The position numbers and the translations under genes are program-made. The notes under the pieces are model-generated. The model did not search any database, was not told the origin of the DNA, and worked only from the letters and a program-made list of their open reading frames with translations. This document shows positions 13,029 through 25,684 of a DNA stretch of 64,000 nucleotides, piece by piece. Where the stretch lies: the NCBI RefSeq assembly GCF_006345805.1, contig NC_042997.1, positions 114,452,001-114,516,000 on the forward strand, in the 5' to 3' direction. Every line of letters begins with the position of its first letter. Position 1 is the first letter of the stretch. This DNA comes from Octopus sinensis (taxonomy: Eukaryota).

Positions 13029-14287
13029 TGGGAGGATCATGGAAGCAGAGTCCTTGTATATTTAAAATATAATTCCTGCCAAATGTGTTGAGTGCTACTT
13101 TATCATTTGTTCACCTACGTGCATATACATCTTCTGCTTAGTCTTTATTTAACACATTCCACTCACAAGGTATTGGTTAACCTAAGACTATAGCAGAAGA
13201 TACTTGTCTTAGCTGCCATGCAGTGGGATTGAAGCTGGAATTAAAGCAAACTTTAGATAGCTCTGCCAGAATACAAATTATATTAAGAATACAAATTATA
13301 TCGATTTCCTGTATAGGCATGTTTCACGTTTATGGCTGAGAAGAAATGAGATTTGGTGACAGCCATTCTCTCCCTAAATGCTTTAGCAATCTAAATAAAA
13401 AGACTACAACTAGAGAATGAAAATAGCTTGTGACTTTAGTTGGCTGGGAGTTTACTTTAGAAATATTTTTATAATAGATATAATCGCAAATGCTTTTGAA
13501 GTTCCTACAATAGCTTAACACTCCATCCACATACATAAGTTTGGGAAACAGGTTTTTTTCTCAGATGAAGTGAAAATCAAATAAAAATCAGTTATATAAC
13601 AGACCCACTATAATATAGAGAGACACTGTATTATAGAGAGAAGGAGGAATAATAAAATACAATAGAGATAAAAATACTTGTATAAATAGCAACTACTATT
13701 CATATAATAAAAGCAAACAAAAACTATTTTTCTAAATTCAGAAAAAAGGAGTTTTATAGTTTTATGACACTAAGTTGTTAATGATCATACCAACAAACTA
13801 ACCCTTTCTTCCTTGCAAACTAGTATTCCTACCATTGACATTCATTGTAATTTGTATTGTTGTGTATTGACTTTATATTCCTACAATTACATTGTTGTTT
13901 AACAAACAGTTTAATAATATCCTGCTACATCAAAATATAAAAATATATTACAAAAAAAAATTTAATACAAATTAGGAATACATATTACTTTTTTGATCCT
14001 CAGTATCACTTCACCTATATTCACTCCCCACTATACCTCGGGGGTGGGGGGTATGTCCCAACACCTCTCTACCACCATCTCTCACTATCTTTCTAATTGT
14101 CTTTATCTTTCTGTCAACCTATCTCTCTTCTTTCTTGTTAAACAGGGGTATCCAAGTATCTCCTTTACAACAAGACTTATGTCTATCCCTCTCATACTTT
14201 ATCTCAAATCAACTGCTACAAAGCTACCTTCCTCAACACTATTCTCCCCCTCCACCCAGTTGAGGAGATTTTGTCATGCAAATTACT

Positions 14288-14465
14288 AGGTGACCCCACC
14301 AATGCTTGTGCCATGAAAAAAAGTACCCAGTACACACTGTAAAGGAAGAGCATCCAGCTATAGAAACCATACCAAATCAGACAATAGAGCTTGGCACTGC
14401 TCCCTGACTTGCCAGCTTGTCATAACCATCTAACCTATGCCAGCATGGAAAATGGACGTTAAACA
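14288..14465 (+). mobile_element. Family C RTE tail, decayed
   Basis: ggaagagcatccagctatagaaacc...atgccagcatggaaaatggacgttaaa. Confidence 0.6.
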
Positions 14466-15186
14466 TTGATTTTTATGTTTGTATATCTCTTTATCCAACA
14501 TTGTATACAAACCCAAGTGTTGTACTGAAGAAGCTGGGCCCCAACTCCAACACATCAGTATTTGATTCCAACTGGAGCCCAGTGCATCTGCCTTAAGATA
14601 ACTCTAATCGTGACATACAGCAAATTTTGTACATCTAAGCCTTGGGGAGCCATCCCTCTTAAAGTGTAACCACAACTGATTTCTTCTAGAGAGAGGGAAA
14701 AAGAGAGATAAGTATCACTAGTAATTTATTGATCTCAAAGGGGTGAAAAGCAAATTCAAAGTTGGAATGATTTGAACTCAGAACACAGAGAACCAAAACA
14801 TGTTTGTGTGTGCACAACATGGACTCAAGAATGGAGAATATCATAATTTTATTTGATGATTACACCATACAAGTGAAGTTCGCTTGACTGAGTGCTTTCT
14901 AGATATCTGTCTGGATTTACTAATCCTTTTTACATCATTTTAAATATATATATATATAATTAATCAATATAGGGTGGTGAAAAAAATTTTGTAGAATTCT
15001 TTTTGCCACCAGCGGCCTAGTGGGAAAAAATTAAATAGTCGTAGACCATTTTTAAGTTCAACATCAACAATCAAGGAACGGCCATAATAGGCCATTCACC
15101 CACTAGAAATAACAGCCAAAGCTTCAACCGCAAATAAAGATCAATTCCGTAAACAGGAGAAAATTTAAAAAAACATTTACCCTGTA

Positions 15187-15293
15187 ATTTCTTGTACGAT
15201 GCACCGTTTCGTCTGCTGTTTAATGGTAAACTAACCTGATTAAATTAAATCAAGCCAATCTTCCATAGGCCCTCAGATTCTTCAGCAAGAAAT
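15187..15293 (-). ncRNA. Type-I hammerhead ribozyme motif (unit 1)
   Basis: Reverse complement of the motif at 16246-16352. Confidence 0.72.
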
Positions 15294-15677
15294 AGCCAAG
15301 TCGGAACAGATATTTTCACGAGGCATTTCCGACCCTGCCAAGGCAATATCTGACCTAAAATTTTCAAATCGTCGCACTCGCGCCAAATTTATCGGCAGCA
15401 AATAATATAAGCCGTCGATTCCATTACGGAATTAACCAGAAAATTCATAATTAATCAATATAGGGTGGTGAAAAAAATTTTGTAGAATTCTTTTTGCCAC
15501 CAGCGGCCTAGTGGGAAAAAATTAAATAGTCGTAGACCATTTTTAAGTTCAACATCAACAATCAAGGAACGGCCATAATAGGCCATTCACCCACTAGAAA
15601 TAACAGCCAAAGCTTCAACCGCAAATAAAGATCAATTCCGTAAACAGGAGAAAATTTAAAAAAACATTTACCCTGTA

Positions 15678-15784
15678 ATTTCTTGTACGATGCACCGTTT
15701 CGTCTGCTGTTTAATGGTAAACTAACCTGATTAAATTAAATCAAGCCAATCTTCCATAGGCCCTCAGATTCTTCAGCAAGAAAT
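15678..15784 (-). ncRNA. Type-I hammerhead ribozyme motif (unit 2)
   Basis: Same as unit 1, shifted by 491 bp. Confidence 0.72.
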
Positions 15785-16245
15785 AGCCAAGTCGGAACAG
15801 ATATTTTCACGAGGCATTTCCGACCCTGCCAAGGCAATATCTGACCTAAAATTTTCAAATCGTCGCACTCGCGCCAAATTTATCGGCAGCAAATAAATAT
15901 AAGCCGTCGATTCCATTACGGAATTAACCAGAAAATTCATAATTAATCAATATAGGGTGGTGAAAAAATTTTGTAGAATTCTTTTTGCCACCAGCGGCCT
16001 AGTGGGAAAAAATTAAATAGTCGTAGACCATTTTTAAGTTCAACATCAACAATCAAGGAATTTTTTTCACCACCCTATATTGATTAATTATGAATTTTCT
16101 GGTTAATTCCGTAATGGAATCGACGGCTTATATTTATTTGCTGCCGATAAATTTGGCGCGAGTGCGACGATTTGAAAATTTTAGGTCAGATATTGCCTTG
16201 GCAGGGTCGGAAATGCCTCGTGAAAATATCTGTTCCGACTTGGCT

Positions 16246-16352
16246 ATTTCTTGCTGAAGAATCTGAGGGCCTATGGAAGATTGGCTTGATTTAATTTAAT
16301 CAGGTTAGTTTACCATTAAACAGCAGACGAAACGGTGCATCGTACAAGAAAT
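16246..16352 (+). ncRNA. Type-I hammerhead ribozyme motif with long loop II (inverted unit)
   Basis: atttcttg-CTGAAGA-atctg(~58 nt)cagac-GAAA-cg(gtgcat)cg-TA-caagaaat; 8-bp perfect stem I; GUA site with predicted cleavage after 16344; near-palindromic stem III; A.C mismatch at the first stem II pair. Confidence 0.75.
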
Positions 16353-16578
16353 TACAGGGTAAATGTTTTTTTAAATTTTCTCCTGTTTACGGAATTGATC
16401 TTTATTTGCGGTTGAAGCTTTGGCTGTTATTTCTAGTGGGTGAATGGCCTATTATGGCCGTTCCTTGATTGTTGATATATATATATATATATATATATAA
16501 AACGGAGCATAGCAAGTGACCTGATCTAAGATCGTGTGTTGAAACAAAAACAATTGCAGCTTGGAAGGTGTTTATAAC

Positions 16579-16770
16579 CCATTTAAAAACATACAAAAAC
16601 CGTTAGATTCACTTCAACATTTAAATTTAATTTTCCAAAATATTTTTTGTCACTTTGAGACCGAGAGCAGGTCAGTGAATAGGTCGCAGTCTCAAAGTGA
16701 CAGAAATATTTTGGAAAATTAAATTTAAATGTTGAAGTGAATCTAACGGTTTTTGTATGTTTTTAAATGG
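16579..16770. repeat. Inverted repeat (~82-bp arms) in a microsatellite-flanked insert
   Basis: 16579-16661 is a near-perfect reverse complement of 16689-16770. Confidence 0.85.
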
Positions 16771-16798
16771 TGTGTGTGTGTATATATATATATATATA

Positions 16799-17130
16799 GG
16801 CACAGGAGTGGCTGTGTGGTAAGTAGCTTGCTTACCAACCATATGGTTCCAGGTTCAGTCCCACTGCATGGCACTTTAGGCAAGTGTCTTTACTATAGCC
16901 ATGAGTCAATCAAAGCCTTGTGAGTGGAAACTGAAACTGAAAGAAGCCCATTGTATGTATATATATGTATATAATTTGTAACTGAATTGTAAATTGGAAG
17001 TCCACCTGAAGATTGTCGATCAAGACAAGAAACGATTGTAGTGGCGGTTTTTTTGACTATTTATTAAATTTTATGTATTGATTAAGTCTTTCCTTGTTTG
17101 TTTTGCAAAATAGTGGTTTTGTCTCAAATA

Positions 17131-17161
<31 letters not shown>

Positions 17162-17399
17162 GCCTGTGTGTCTGTGTTTGTCCCCCCCCCCATCACTTGA
17201 CAATCGATGTTAGCATGTTTATGTCCCCGTAACTTAGTGGTTTGACAAGAGACCGATAGAAGTCATACTAGGCTTACAAAGAATAAGTCCTGGGGTTGAT
17301 ATGTTTGACTAAAGGTGGTGCTCCAGCATGGCCGCAGTCAAATGACTGAAACAAATAACCACCATCATTTGACAATCAATGACTGAAACAAATAAAAGA
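16799..17399 (+). mobile_element. tRNA-derived SINE family A (CORE-like), interrupted in its internal microsatellite
   Basis: ggagtggctgtgtggtaag (A-box), ggttcagtccc (B-box), gcaagtgtctt, 3' half ending ctccagcatggccgcagtcaaatgactgaaac. Confidence 0.85.
17002..17044 (+). ncRNA. Intact minimal type-I hammerhead ribozyme motif
   Basis: ccac-CTGAAGA-ttgtc(gatcaa)gacaa-GAAA-c(gatt)g-TA-gtgg; all three stems pair and the core is complete. Confidence 0.85.
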
Positions 17400-17519
17400 A
17401 CACACACACACACAGATACCTATGTTGATAGAAAGATAGAAAACAATGTGGGCAGATGAACGCTGAGGCCACTGAAATCATCTAACAGTTCCTACCTAGC
17501 CTTATTATCACAATGGATA

Positions 17520-17745
17520 TGAGGATAGTGAGCTAGCAGAATTACTAGGGCATTAGACAAAATGTTTAGAAGCATTTCTTCCAGTTCTGTGCATTCTGAC
17601 TTTGAATTCTGTCAAGGTCAACTTTGCCTTTCATCCTTTCATAGTTGATAAAATAAGCATCAGTGATATACTGGGGTTGATGATATTGGCTAATCCCTTC
17701 CTCTTAAAGATTTCTGACCTTGTGCCTAAATTAGAAAACATTATC
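17520..17745 (+). mobile_element. SINE family B copy
   Basis: gagctagcagaa...ggtcaactttgcctttcatcctttc...ttgtgccta; homologous to 43172-43510. Confidence 0.75.
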
Positions 17746-18904
17746 AAAATAGCTATGCACTTGTTCCACACTGGCAGTTTTTGTTTATCCCTTGATCAAG
17801 GAGGCCTATAATCAAAAACCTTCAAAGAATGGTCATCATCACTGTTTTCTCCCTCAAGAATAGTGCACCCAGTCAACATTGGCCAATATGTTCTTTTTAA
17901 AACTGGTAGGTTATAGCTTGAGAAAAATTTAGCTGTTATTTCTAACAGGCTAAGCAACCTTGTAGAGGGTCTCTCTATAGCTTAGTGCAGTAAGGTGATG
18001 GTAGTTGGTGCAAAGTCACATAGTCAGAAATTTACTTACATTTTGTAGCAAAAGTTTCAGTCAAGAAGTGATCTGGCAATGAATATGTAAAGAGATTCCT
18101 GTTCATTAGTTACAAATCTGATTTGCAGTTACAATTAATATAGAATACTTCCATTTGCATCAGTTCTTTTATTTTGTTTGTTTATTTTTTATATTAGTAT
18201 GTTTTCCAGAATCACATTGAAAAGGATATGATTAATATTCAGTTTCAAAAACAAAATACCCCTCTTGTTTCCCAATATCCTACAGCCATACAATACCCAA
18301 CTGAATTCTAAAATTGTGTAAACCATTATGGATCTTAGTTATAATGTTATTAGCATTGTTTTCATGATTAATCTGGTGGTTATTGATAAAACAAAAATGA
18401 AATGATACTACCACAATACTTCATAATCATCATCTATGACATTTGAAGTTTTTATTAGTTGACCTAAAGAAAAACACTGCCCAGAGTCTATCAAGGCTTC
18501 TCATACAAGCAGGCTGTGTGCTTCAGAAGTCCAGTTTGCAAACACGAGTTTTTGGATTCAATCCCAATGACACCTTGCAAAGCAAGTGCCTGTTATCAAA
18601 GTCTTGGATCAATGAAATCCTTGATGGAAACTATATGGAAGTTCAATAGTGAGATCACTCCTGTTCTTGAGAGGTAGACTTAATCCACTGCCTTGTTTAA
18701 GAGTACCAACTGGCCCCTAGGTACCTAGAGTGGATCCACAATATTGCAAGCATTTGGCCCACATCTTTCTTTGCTCTGAAGATCTTTTCCTTTTCTATCA
18801 GTCACAAATGTTCTAACGAGATAAAGGGCACTGCCCCCCCCCTAAATAAGCCATTAAAAAAAACCCAATGGGTGAGTAAATATAATTAATACTTAGTTTA
18901 AATT

Positions 18905-19110
18905 AAGGTAGCAAGCTGGCAGGATTATTAGCATGCCAGGCAAAATGCTCTGTCTTTACCTTCTGAGTTCAGTTCCAGCTGAGGTTGACTTTTCCTTTCA
19001 TCCTTTTGGGATTGATAAAATAAGCACCAGTTGAGTATTGGGTCAATGTGATTGACTGACCCTTCCCCCGAACTTTCTGGTGTTGTGCCAAAATTTGAAA
19101 TCAATATTTA
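18905..19110 (+). mobile_element. SINE family B copy
   Basis: aagctggcagga...ttctgagttca...cctttcatccttttggg. Confidence 0.75.
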
Positions 19111-19399
19111 ATTAAAATTTTTCCAGGATTGAAAGGAAAACATGGACAAGGATTAATGTTTCAGAGGTGTTCAGTTTAGCGAAAGAATGACTGGAGAAGA
19201 AAAAAAATGGAAATACTTAACTTTCTACTTATATTGTCATTTAAAATTAAAGGAACCTTTTTATAAACAAACTGGATTCTTTATTAGCAAGCCTAAACTA
19301 CTACTACATCTTTTATGTACTGTTTAGCTATATTCTCCCCCACCACAAAAAAATAAAATTTTGACAACATATGTTAGTAGCTGATGAGAGCTTTCAAAG

Positions 19400-19950
19400 T
19401 CACACCACTAATTCTTTGCTTATGTTCATCCCAGTCCCTTCAAACTCATTTTTGAGAGGATTCTGTCTTTTTCTATAACAATCTGAATGTTGACATACAG
19501 AATTTTGTAGGAAAGGATTAAAAGAAGTAGAAAGTAGATACCAGCAAAACAATCTTTCATGGCTACCCACCATAGCAAATGTATTACTAATTGCAAATTT
19601 CTCCAAGCAGCTTTGTATATTAGTCTCAAACTACTAAACCAGGTATTTATCATAAAACTCATTCATAAGGCTATCAAAGCTTTCTTAAATCAATAAAGGC
19701 ATGATACAATTAACATTTTTTCTCTTGCTAATCCCCATCAAAGTTTCACAAAGAATATGCACACACATTATGATAACCAATAGCATTTCTTTCAATCCAC
19801 CTTTCAATAACACTTTCTATTTAATTGCTATATCAATCCCAGTCAATTATAATTAACTTATCCTTTCTGGGTACTTTTTTCTTTATAACAATGGACATTG
19901 TTGATATACCAGTCATTGGAAGTAACAGATTAGTTTATTATGAGTAAAAG
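19400..19950 (-). pseudogene. Highly decayed non-LTR reverse transcriptase remnant
   Basis: Minus strand tttattgatttaagaaagctttgatagcc resembles the RT motif IDF.KAFDS (frameshifted). Confidence 0.35.
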
Positions 19951-20732
19951 AGACATGTAAATATTAGTGTCAGTCTTTCCAAAGTAGCCTCCTTATTTTC
20001 GCAGAACTCAATTTTTAAATGCTAATTTGTATTTGACTGATGACTATTTGAGTAGTTCACAAATGTCTAGATGTGGTTTTTTTAAATTCTTTTTATTTCT
20101 ATAGTTCTGCTAAATACACCCATATTTATTTTTGTAAACTAATTCTAATTTTATTGGCTATATGACTGGTTAGTAGAACATTACAATCTATCTACACTCA
20201 CCATCCTCCAGCTTTCCCTGTTTCATTGCTTTTATCTATTTTGTGTACATTATTTGCTGTATGTTTTCTTCAAATTTTATGTTTCTTTTGAGTTTTCATT
20301 ATATTGTAACCTATAACAGATTAAGATATGTTAACATGCTGAATGTCTCACTTCTACCTAATGGCCTAATAATACAGAGTTAGCTTTCCTTTCTGCTACC
20401 GCAAAAAAATAGAATTACAGTACACCAACTAATTTGATCCAAATCATTTAAAACTCATTAGTATTTCACTAAATCTGTCAATAAAAATGGAAGTGAATGG
20501 TGTTAAAGAAACAACTGAGATAGAATATGAAAATAATCATAAAAACATACAAAAATCAAACCTTTTTATTATTAAATAGGACACCTTTTAGTGGGATATC
20601 CATTCATTAAATTTTCATCAACATACTGCTTTAGTTTTTGAAAAGGGGCACACCAACAGTTACTGGACAGATTTGATATCTTAAAAAAGTTTCTAGGTAG
20701 CAAACAGATCACCATTTATCACTGGCATGTTA

Positions 20733-20920
20733 ATCATCATCATCATCATTTAATGTCTGTTGTCCATGCTGGCATAAGTTAGATGGTTTGACTGGGCTGG
20801 CATGCTGGAAGACTGCATCAGACTCCAGTCCGATTTGGCATGGTTTTCTACAGCTGGATGCCCTTCCTAATGCCAACTATTCCAAGAGTGTAATGAATCC
20901 TTGTATGTGCCACCAGCACC
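20733..20920 (-). mobile_element. Family C RTE tail
   Basis: (cat)n tail, cagctggatgcccttcctaatgccaac. Confidence 0.75.
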
Positions 20921-23559
20921 AGAGCGCATGCCATATGTAGAATCCAAAGTTTAAAACTTTGCTTAAAGAGTCAAAAGTCCTAGTTAAGTATAGCGGAAAT
21001 GTAAGTTGAAATCTGTTAGTTGAGGGAAGTATGATAGTTGAATGGGTAGGATACTAGTCTTTCAACTCTAAGCAAAGTTTTAAATTATGGATTCTACATA
21101 TGGCATGCTAATAATTTTGTCTTTCTAACATCTGGAAACAGGAGAAAATCACACTATAATAAGTTATACATAAATGTCCTTATTTGTAGAAGCTGATGGG
21201 GAAAAAAAAGTATGATTGCGATCATCATTTCTTTAATGTAGCTTTCCATGTTTCAATTTTAGATCTTCCTTTGCAGTCTAACAGTCTAAAGTTTCATCTA
21301 ACCACTTCATCTAACTGTTTTATGTGAGGCCTCATAATCTGAGTTTCTTTCACAAAATCTATAAACTTATAATATTGCTCAGACTGTATTTTCTGGCTTC
21401 AGGCTAGGAAAATATTTCGGAGGACCTACATTAGATAACAGTTACATAACTGTGATGATGCACCTGCTACACACACCTGTTTAATGTTGCACAAACAAAA
21501 AGTCACCTGCTTAAAAGGTATACTTTCACTCACCAACATGCTACAATAACTGCTAGCACAAAGATGCATTGTAGCCATCTTTTGTTCAGTCTACTGCTAT
21601 TACAATAATTTTTGCTCCACTAAATAAACAAGCTGAGAACCACTCCCTGCCAATGAACATACAATGCATTCGTCTCTCTACTTATTAGTATTGTATCTCT
21701 GCCTATCACCACCAGCAAAAAGAAGAAAAAAAACGTATCATATGTGTCACCTAAACTTTCCTTCCTAAACTGTACTATACAGACATATTCTGCAAATATT
21801 TTTTTCGTAACATCAGTTTACAGAAGTTCAAGCTAAATATTAACTTCATTGAATTTGTCTGCAAAATGCAGGAAAGACTATGGGCAGACTTTTTTTTTTA
21901 TACAATTTTGTGCCAAACAAGGCTTGAGGCCATTGTACCATAAGAGACTACAAATAAGGAAAAGGAGGGATTTACAAATTCACTGATTGACAAAGCATAA
22001 AGGACTGAATATCAGTCCTAAGGAAAACAAGTACGGGTAATGAGTTTCAGAGACCAATTGTTTGAAAAATGAAGCAACTAGAAGAAAAGAACATGATTAA
22101 CAGAAAGTTCCACAAAGAAATGATGCACTTGGGAAGAGAAGCAGGTGACATATTCAAAGGTATTAATAGAGGCTGCTACACCAGAAAGTTTATCAAACTA
22201 TGGAAATAATTATGTTTCAAGCTTGTAGAAAGAAGTGGAACCACTAGGTTAACTCAATTCTGAATTCAATCAACCAAATTGAGACACTCGGAAGAGGTAC
22301 TATTCCAAAGATGACAGCAATATTCAATGCAGTCATATAGAGATATATTTGTAAGCACAGAAAAGTTTTTAAAAATCTTAACTCCACTCTGAACCTTGTG
22401 CACATTCAACTAATACACTGAGGTACTTTTACTATTATACATACATCCCCCATTTATAGGCAACAAATTAACGGAATTGCTAAGTGCCAGAATACCTTGC
22501 AATATTTCTAATTCTTTGTACTCAAAGTTCAGATTCCATTGAGAAATTCAAATCCCATTAATACCTGTGTCATCACTCCTCATGCACTGAGAGAAGGTGT
22601 AAAGGGAGACTCCCAACAGATTGTGACACAAACATCTCTGCAATTAGACAGGCATCTCATCATCTCAATATCATTATGCCATGGATACAGGGGCTTTGCA
22701 GACTAAGCACTATGATGACTGAACTTTTTACCCTTTCTCCAAACTAATCAAATTCATAAATGGTCCCAGGTTTCAAACACCTTTGAAACATTCTTGACAA
22801 TAAAGAAAAGCTGTTGATGTATCCTCTATTTGTAATGTTTTTATACTTGTGAAGCTATCTTGCAATATTGACAAATCTCTTTAATACTTTTATTCATTTT
22901 ATCTCTCAGGTTTGTTTCACAGATTAAAAAAAAAAAAAAACTTGCTTATTGTTCTGTGTTTACTGTTAGATCTATTTCCCTGGTTATCAATCTGCACTTA
23001 TCACACACACACTTATAAAACATATATAAGCTCTTGATACATAGTGCTACCTTATTGCAAGCTTAATGGATGGAAATAGCTCTGACAAGTTTCAATGCCA
23101 TTATAGTGAAATAACTGTTACTGTAATATCACTCATCAACAATGTTGTTAATCTACACCAAGGAGATAAGCAAAGTCAACATAGACAAGATATTGACAAC
23201 TAAGCTATAGGCTCCAAAGTTATTAAAACTATCAGCATTAATGTTGATACTTTGCCTCTATTACAATAAATCTTTCTCTTTAATCTTAAATCTTTATTCT
23301 TTATCTGATATTTATTTAGTATCTCAACAGCCAGATTAGTAGACGGGTTGCATTTAATATGGCATAAAGAATAATATCCCACCTTGTTTTTTATTTACTT
23401 GAAATCACCCAAGGAAGGCCCACTGGTTACTTCTAGGTAAAGGGTTAACAGAAAGAAGGAGTAGCATTAATACCACAGTAAGTATAATGCAGAGAAGTTC
23501 AAATGATCTGAAATGTAAGATCTTTTCTACCACAAAGACTATATATGTATGCATTTAGA

Positions 23560-23870
23560 TTATTTAATTGAAATATGATGAGATGGTAATAAAAGAATTG
23601 ATGGCAATAAAATAAGGCGATTCACTAAATTTAGCAAACTAAATTCAATAGAAAATTCCTGGGTTGGCAAGATTAGAGAATGTAGCTCATCTGAACACCT
23701 TTCCTGGAAGTAATTAATGGTACAAAAGGGCCAAATTTCTGTTAATGATAAAACAAGGACCACCTATTTGATCCTGCATGCTATCTAGAGTGGACTGTGC
23801 ATGTTTGGAGGAAGTCACTCAGATGTGAGTGCGGTAGTCTAGTTTAGAGCAGATCTGATTCTTGTAGAGA
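23560..23870 (-). pseudogene. Decayed non-LTR retroelement C-terminal remnant
   Basis: NYFQERCSDELHSLILP resembles the Y..G.CS.EL..L.P C-terminal motif of LINE ORF2; similar remnants at ~22000-22420(-) and ~29930-30220(+). Confidence 0.35.
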
Positions 23871-24882
23871 TATAAGCTTCAGGTGTTTAGAACATTTTTG
23901 AATTAAAAGATGAATCCAGTAGTCACCACCATATTAGAAGCATAAGAAAAAAAAAGGATAATGAAAGAGAAAAAATAGAAGAGAGAGAAGTAAGCAAATT
24001 GCAAGAACTGTGGAACTTCAGAGAAAGAGAAGAAAAGATAAAACCTCAAACAATTATATTTTCTAGATAGGCAATCTTATAAATCACAACTAATACATTC
24101 TAACATAAGGTTAGGCATAAAATGTTTCTCAAGCAAATCAAATAACTCTTTAAATAATTTTTATTATAAATCATGAAGTTAATTTAAATTATAAAGGATC
24201 ATAGCAACATTAGAAATAATAATACCGGTATTGATCAACAAGGTAATTATAGATACACAAAGGCTAAGTGGCTAAGATTTTATGAAATGAAATGCAAAAA
24301 ATCACTACTTGGGTTATGTGTATGAAAATGGGATGATCAAAGAAAACAACAAATGCAAAAAAACATGCATACAAACTGCAGCAACCAAAAGTTTAAGCAC
24401 ATCATCTGCATTTGAGTATCTATTGGCATCAGGAATGATTCAGGAATGGTCAGGTGTCTTAGTTTTTTAATAACTTTTGAATTTAATGTAACATGGGGAA
24501 GGGAAAAGGATACTTGATGATGATGATCATAAAGTGATCTTTTCCTCTCCCCATTATTTCTTATATCAAACCTGCAATAGCCTCGCATCAAAATAAAAAC
24601 ATGCAAACTATATGCATACTTCCAATAAGTTCTATAGTTACAACAGATCCCCATAACTGAGCAACAGGAAAAATGTTTTCCTCACATTTTCAGCCCATCC
24701 CAGACTCTAAAAGAACTCATTCTAAACATCAATATCAATTATCAGACTTCAATATCAGACTGTTTAGTTAAAAAAAAAAAAGAAGAAAATCCTGCTTAAC
24801 ATTATAATCAAATCATTAATGCATACAAAACAAATGGGTCGATTGACCAGTCTAGTATTGTTATACAACAAAGAAAGGATTG

Positions 24883-24926
24883 ATCTCTTCAAGCTTTTTT
24901 GCTTGAGATCAAAGTGTAGTATTTGT
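24883..24926 (+). pseudogene. Truncated U2 snRNA 5' fragment
   Basis: atctcttcaagcttttttgcttgagatcaaagtgtagtatttgt aligns to the U2 5' end ATCGCTTCTCGGCCTTTTGGCTAAGATCAAGTGTAGTATCTGT, including the branch-site-pairing GTAGTA. Confidence 0.7.
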
Positions 24927-25235
24927 GAGCTATAAAACGAATAAATGTATTATTATCTGGCAAGCACTATCCAATTCTTAATTGACAAGTTACATATATA
25001 TGTGTGTGATTGTGTAAGTTTGTTGGGAGCAGAGAAATACTTCCGTTGAGCAAGACACTGAAGAAATCAATAAAACAGAGGAATGCACTAACACTCATTA
25101 TATTTTGATCGCTTTTAATCTTGCCAACTGACCTGAATACACTCCCCTGAAAAGGTTTAATAAGATTGAAACATTATTTTTGCTTTCACCAGTTGATTTA
25201 AAGACTAGACTCACTCTCATACTACATTTACTATA

Positions 25236-25420
25236 TCATCATCATCATTTAACATCCACTTTCCATGCTGACATGGGTTAGATGCTTAGACTGGAACTGG
25301 TAAGCTGTAGTGCTACACCAGGTTCCAGTCTGATTTTGGTTTGGTTTCTATAGCTGGATGCCCTTCCTAATGCCAACCACTCCAAGAGTGTAGTGGGTGC
25401 TTTTATGTGTCACTGGTATG
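25236..25420 (-). mobile_element. Family C RTE tail
   Basis: (cat)n, ggatgcccttcctaatgccaaccactccaagagtgtagtgggtgc. Confidence 0.75.
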
Positions 25421-25684
25421 AATGCTTTGACATGTCACCTGCAGAATTGATTTTATTGGAGTTTAGTCTCCTGCTGTTTTTTCTCTTCTCTATATCTTTC
25501 AAAATTTGAGTGAATTTTACTAAATTTCACATTGTTTTTAGGTTTTAGACACTCCTTGAGGAATATTTCTTCTAACTGCATGGCTAATCTCATTTTTTGA
25601 AATTAACTATATCAAAAAATTAACTATGTTAAAAAATCTGGTTAATGGCTATCATCATCATTATTTTACACTAGACTTCCATAT

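Larger units (their letters stand above)
14956..16476. mobile_element. Young 491-bp tandem array (2.25 units) plus inverted partial unit; retrozyme/Penelope-pLTR-like
   Basis: Units start at 14956, 15447 and 15939 (periods 491 and 492) and are almost identical; 16059-16476 is an inverted copy; (TA)n on both flanks; one HHR in each full unit and in the inverted copy. Confidence 0.9.
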
